DNA from: the human T2T-CHM13v2.0 reference genome, Homo sapiens
NCBI RefSeq assembly: GCF_009914755.1
Contig: NC_060925.1
Reading direction: 5' to 3' (one strand)
DNA length: 64,000 nt
Part shown: one piece after another, positions 60,281-64,000 of the stretch
How positions within the stretch are numbered: position 1 is the stretch's first letter
How the letters are laid out: every line of letters begins with the position of its first letter
Program-made: the position numbers and the translations under genes
Notes under the pieces: generated by a model
Seen by the model: the letters and a program-made list of their open reading frames with translations, nothing else
Told to the model about the DNA's origin: nothing
Databases searched by the model: none

Positions 60281-60615
60281 AGTCATTTTTTGTTCCTTTC
60301 TTTCAACCTTTAAATGTCATTATGTTTTAGCTGCTTATTTTGCATATATAGTATGTATTTGGGTTTTGTTATTTTTATCCAACCTTAGAGTCTTTTTAAC
60401 TATTAAGTTTGATATATTTACATTTACTATGATAACATATTTGGAGTTAGGTCTTTCATCTTTGTTTTGCTACCTATATTATGATCATACTTTTCATTTG
60501 TTTTTAGTTTGTTTTCCTTATTTTGGATTAAATTACATCATCTCTCTTTTTCCCTCTACTAGTTTAACATTATACCTTCCATTTCTATTGACTTTGGAGA
60601 TATCCTTGAGTTTAA

Positions 60616-60814
60616 ATATATATATATATATATATATATGTGATATATATGTTTTATAAAAATACATTAAAACTGAGTTTTATCTCTTTTTTGTGTTTGT
60701 GCTCTGGTGTCAGGAGCAAAACAATAAACAATGTATGTTTAAACTTTAAGGGTAACTCCAAAGTAGGCGTGCACACACACACACACACACACTCTCTCTC
60801 TCTCTCTCTCTCTC
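60616..60814. repeat. (AT)n and compound (CA)n(CT)n microsatellites
   Basis: Read directly at 60616-60638 and 60772-60814. Confidence 0.9.
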
Positions 60815-60896
60815 ATCAAAGTATAGTATATATAAGTATATATAAACTTTAAGGATAACCCTAAGTAGGCAGTTTGAAATTAATCAATTTCAGACA

Positions 60897-61125
60897 AGGA
60901 GTCATGGCTCGTGTCTGTAATCCCAGCACTTTGGGAGGTTGAGGCAGGAGGATCGCTTGAGCCCAGCTTGGGCAACATAGTGAGACCTGAACTCTACAGA
61001 AAATAAATCCCAGCTACTTGGGAGGCTGAGGAGGGAGGATTGCTTGAGCCCAGGAGGTTGAGGCTACAGGGAGCCATGATCATGCTACTGTACTCTAGCC
61101 TGGGCAACAGAGTAAGATCCTCCTT
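60897..61125 (+). mobile_element. AluJ with internal deletions (intron 4)
   Basis: ggctcgtgtctgtaatcccagcactttgggagg ... tctagcctgggcaacagag. Confidence 0.85.
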
Positions 61126-61239
61126 CTGAAGAATATAAGGATTTTAGAATGCTTTAACTTAACTCATCCCCCTTTTGTTTTATGTGTCATTGTTGTCTAG
61201 TTGATCCCAAGTTATATTTTAAACTTCCAAATTAAGTAA

Positions 61240-62430
61240 TAGATAAATAAATGCACACATTTATCAAATGCAACAGGCACTGTTCTAGATTCTGTGGATA
61301 TAGTAATCAACAAAACAGAGTTTTATCTCTTTTTTGTGTTTGTGTTCTAGTGTCAGGAGCAAAACAGTAAACAAGTTATATATAGTACATCAGAGGGTGA
61401 TGATAAGTGCTATGGAGAGTAATGGTGGGGTACTGCTATTAGTATTTTACATGGGGTGGTCATGGAAGAACTCTTTGTTAAAGTGACACTTCTGAGAAGA
61501 GACCCAAGGGGAGCCATGTGGATATACAACTCTGTCTTAATAGATATTAAAACTGAGAATAGAGGTACAGTTCCCTTGTCTTTCCTGCTTCTGTTATACT
61601 ATTGCAAAGTGTGTTTTCAGTTTAATTTTAAAAAGGCAATCTGTTTTTTCCCTTGTTTTAATATTTTACTTTTTGCTTTGTTGTTCTGTAATTCTATTAC
61701 TATATGTCTATGTGTGGGTTATTCTTTAAAGGACTCATAATGTTTCATCAATCTGAAGACTTACATTTTCATCAAGTTTAGTAGGTTCTCAGTTATTACT
61801 TCTTTCAAAAATGTCTCTATCCTATTTTTCCGTTCTGTCCCTGTAGAATTTCTGATACCTTTTGTTTCTGTAGTGAAGGAAGATTGTTTTACAAATGAAA
61901 CTATTTGATTACCGTGTGATTATATATAGTTAGATGATGATGTGTTAATTAGGGAAATAATGCAAGGTAATTGGTATTAATATTTTATATTAGATGGTCA
62001 GAAAAAATTTCTGATAAGGTGACATTTATTCAGAGACCTATAGGAAGTGAGAGTGATTTGTTCAGTTATGTGAAAGGAAAGCATCCAGATAATAGGGTAA
62101 CAATTGTAAAGCTGACATAGGAGTCTCAAGTTTGACAATTCTGGGTACAGCAAGTAGGCCCATATAATTAAATGAATCAAAGGGATATTAATACAAGGGA
62201 TGTCAAAGAGGTTGTAGGGGATCTGAGCATGTTGGATCTTATTGGTCATTTTACTCTGAGTGTTATGTGAAGGCATCGTAGGGGTTTGCACAGAGTAGTG
62301 ATCTAAACTGATGTAAGATTTAAAAGGCTCATTTTAACTATAGTGTGCTGAATAGAGGGTAAGGAGGAGGGTAAGTATTAAAGCAGGGACTGGTTGGAAG
62401 GTTATTGTTGCAATTCTGGTAAGAGATGGA
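61240..62430 (-). mobile_element. L2 relic fragments
   Basis: caggcactgttctagattctgtggatatag and ctctgagtgttatgtgaaggcatcgtaggggtttgcacagag. Confidence 0.55.
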
Positions 62431-63624
62431 GGCCCTCCCACCCTTTTTTCCTTCCTCCTCATATTTAGTCAATGTCTGCTATGTGCCCTGTAGTATGTTA
62501 GATGTTGGGAATATATGAAGTAATATTAAGCACTTTGCTTTCATGGTGGGATGGAATGATGATCGTGTTATCAAAAAATTACATTATATTGTAAAAATTC
62601 TATACTGAAGAAATATGTTAGCAGATGATGTGCCTGCCTATGAATGTTGGAAAGACTTTAGAGTAATACAGTTTCCTTTTAATTTTTATTAAAATTAACT
62701 ATGAATGTTTTTATGTTAGTTGTATATCTTCTGTAGATTCTTTGATTATGTTCTCTGCCACTTCTGCTTTTCTTTCCATGTGTTAGAATATTTCTAGCAA
62801 TATCTATATCAATATGTAAATACAAACATAGAGACTCTATTTAGTAAGGTTATTAATATTACTATATTTGTGCTGTTTCCATCTGTTTGCCATTTAGTTT
62901 TGTTTATGATTCTTTTTCTTATAGGTAATTTGCATTTTAGAAAAATTTCATGTCTGTCATCAATTTATCAAAACTATTGGTTTTATGCTTAAGTACCTGC
63001 TTTCTCAGGGAAATTTATATATTGCCACACTTCTACTTTAAAAATTTTTTTAAACATTTATTTCCAAATAATTTAGATTTCATTTTGATATTTGTGAAAT
63101 TAGTATTTATGTTAATTTCTTACCCAGGAGGCAATTTTCTCAACATTATTATTGAATAATCCATCATTCTGCCATTTTTTTGGTGCCTCCTTTAACACTT
63201 ATTATATATTCTAGGAAAAATACTTAAAATCCAGGAGGAGAGAGGAAGTAAAAATTATGCTGTAGTGATTAGAACAGAAGAAAAAGGACCACCAGTAAAG
63301 AGTGCTATTCTAGAATCATGACCCAGAATTCTAGAAATGAAGGCTTTCATGAGGAAGGGTAATAGTTAACAGTGTTAAATATCCTGATAAGTTCACAGTA
63401 CTGTGTAAGGTACATAAAAAATGGCTTGTTGGTTTCAGGAATTAGGGAGCTGTGGTGACAGCAGTAGAGAAGTTTCAGTAACATTAACAAACGAGAGGAG
63501 AGATTGCAGTTGCATGAGAAATGAAGATGCAGAAAGTAGAAAAATATTTTCCACAGGGTGTTTGTGAAAAACAAATGAAGTATTGATAATATTTTGAAAA
63601 CTATAAAGCATTACGTATTTGTGA

Positions 63625-63789
<165 letters not shown>

Positions 63790-64000
63790 TGAACAATTTC
63801 CCTAGAAGCATATTAGTTTTCTAAATTGGTAATATTGAACCAGTCTAGAACTGGTTGCTTCAGGCAGAACTATTCCTTGGGAATAATAATTTTTCCATTT
63901 TGAGGCTCTCAATAAAACATGAATTCATCACAGATCCTAGCTTTATATACACCATGTCTCCTTTGCAAGAGTGATCCTTCTCCAGGATTTTGCCATTGCA

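Overview
Human (or great-ape) genomic DNA holding the 5' part of MAN1A2 (Golgi alpha-1,2-mannosidase IB, GH47) on the + strand. It has a CpG-island promoter (~9.6-10.9 kb) and a long 5' UTR. Five coding exons (11231-11532, 45268-45523, 48630-48726, 57796-57914, 63649-63729) splice GT-AG in frame to give codons 1-285, and the gene continues beyond the window. The rest is repeat-rich: the 5' end of an L1PA3/4-like element (minus strand, antisense promoter facing MAN1A2), a young 5'-truncated L1PA nested in an old L1M, about a dozen Alu/FLAM copies, solo LTRs (LTR18, MSTA, MLT1A and others), MER DNA transposons and L2/MIR relics. No prokaryote-type system, CRISPR array, tRNA or rRNA is evident. 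Best leads: (i) four interlocking inverted repeats inside a candidate poison exon just after exon 1; (ii) ten uORFs in ~400 nt before the start codon; (iii) Alu polarity and a junction-spanning ORF in the circMAN1A2 exon block; (iv) an LTR18 solo LTR with intact AP-1 and PAR-bZIP sites; (v) several local templated-insertion scars. Repeat subfamily names come from recalled consensus sequences, and boundaries are approximate unless a TSD is quoted.
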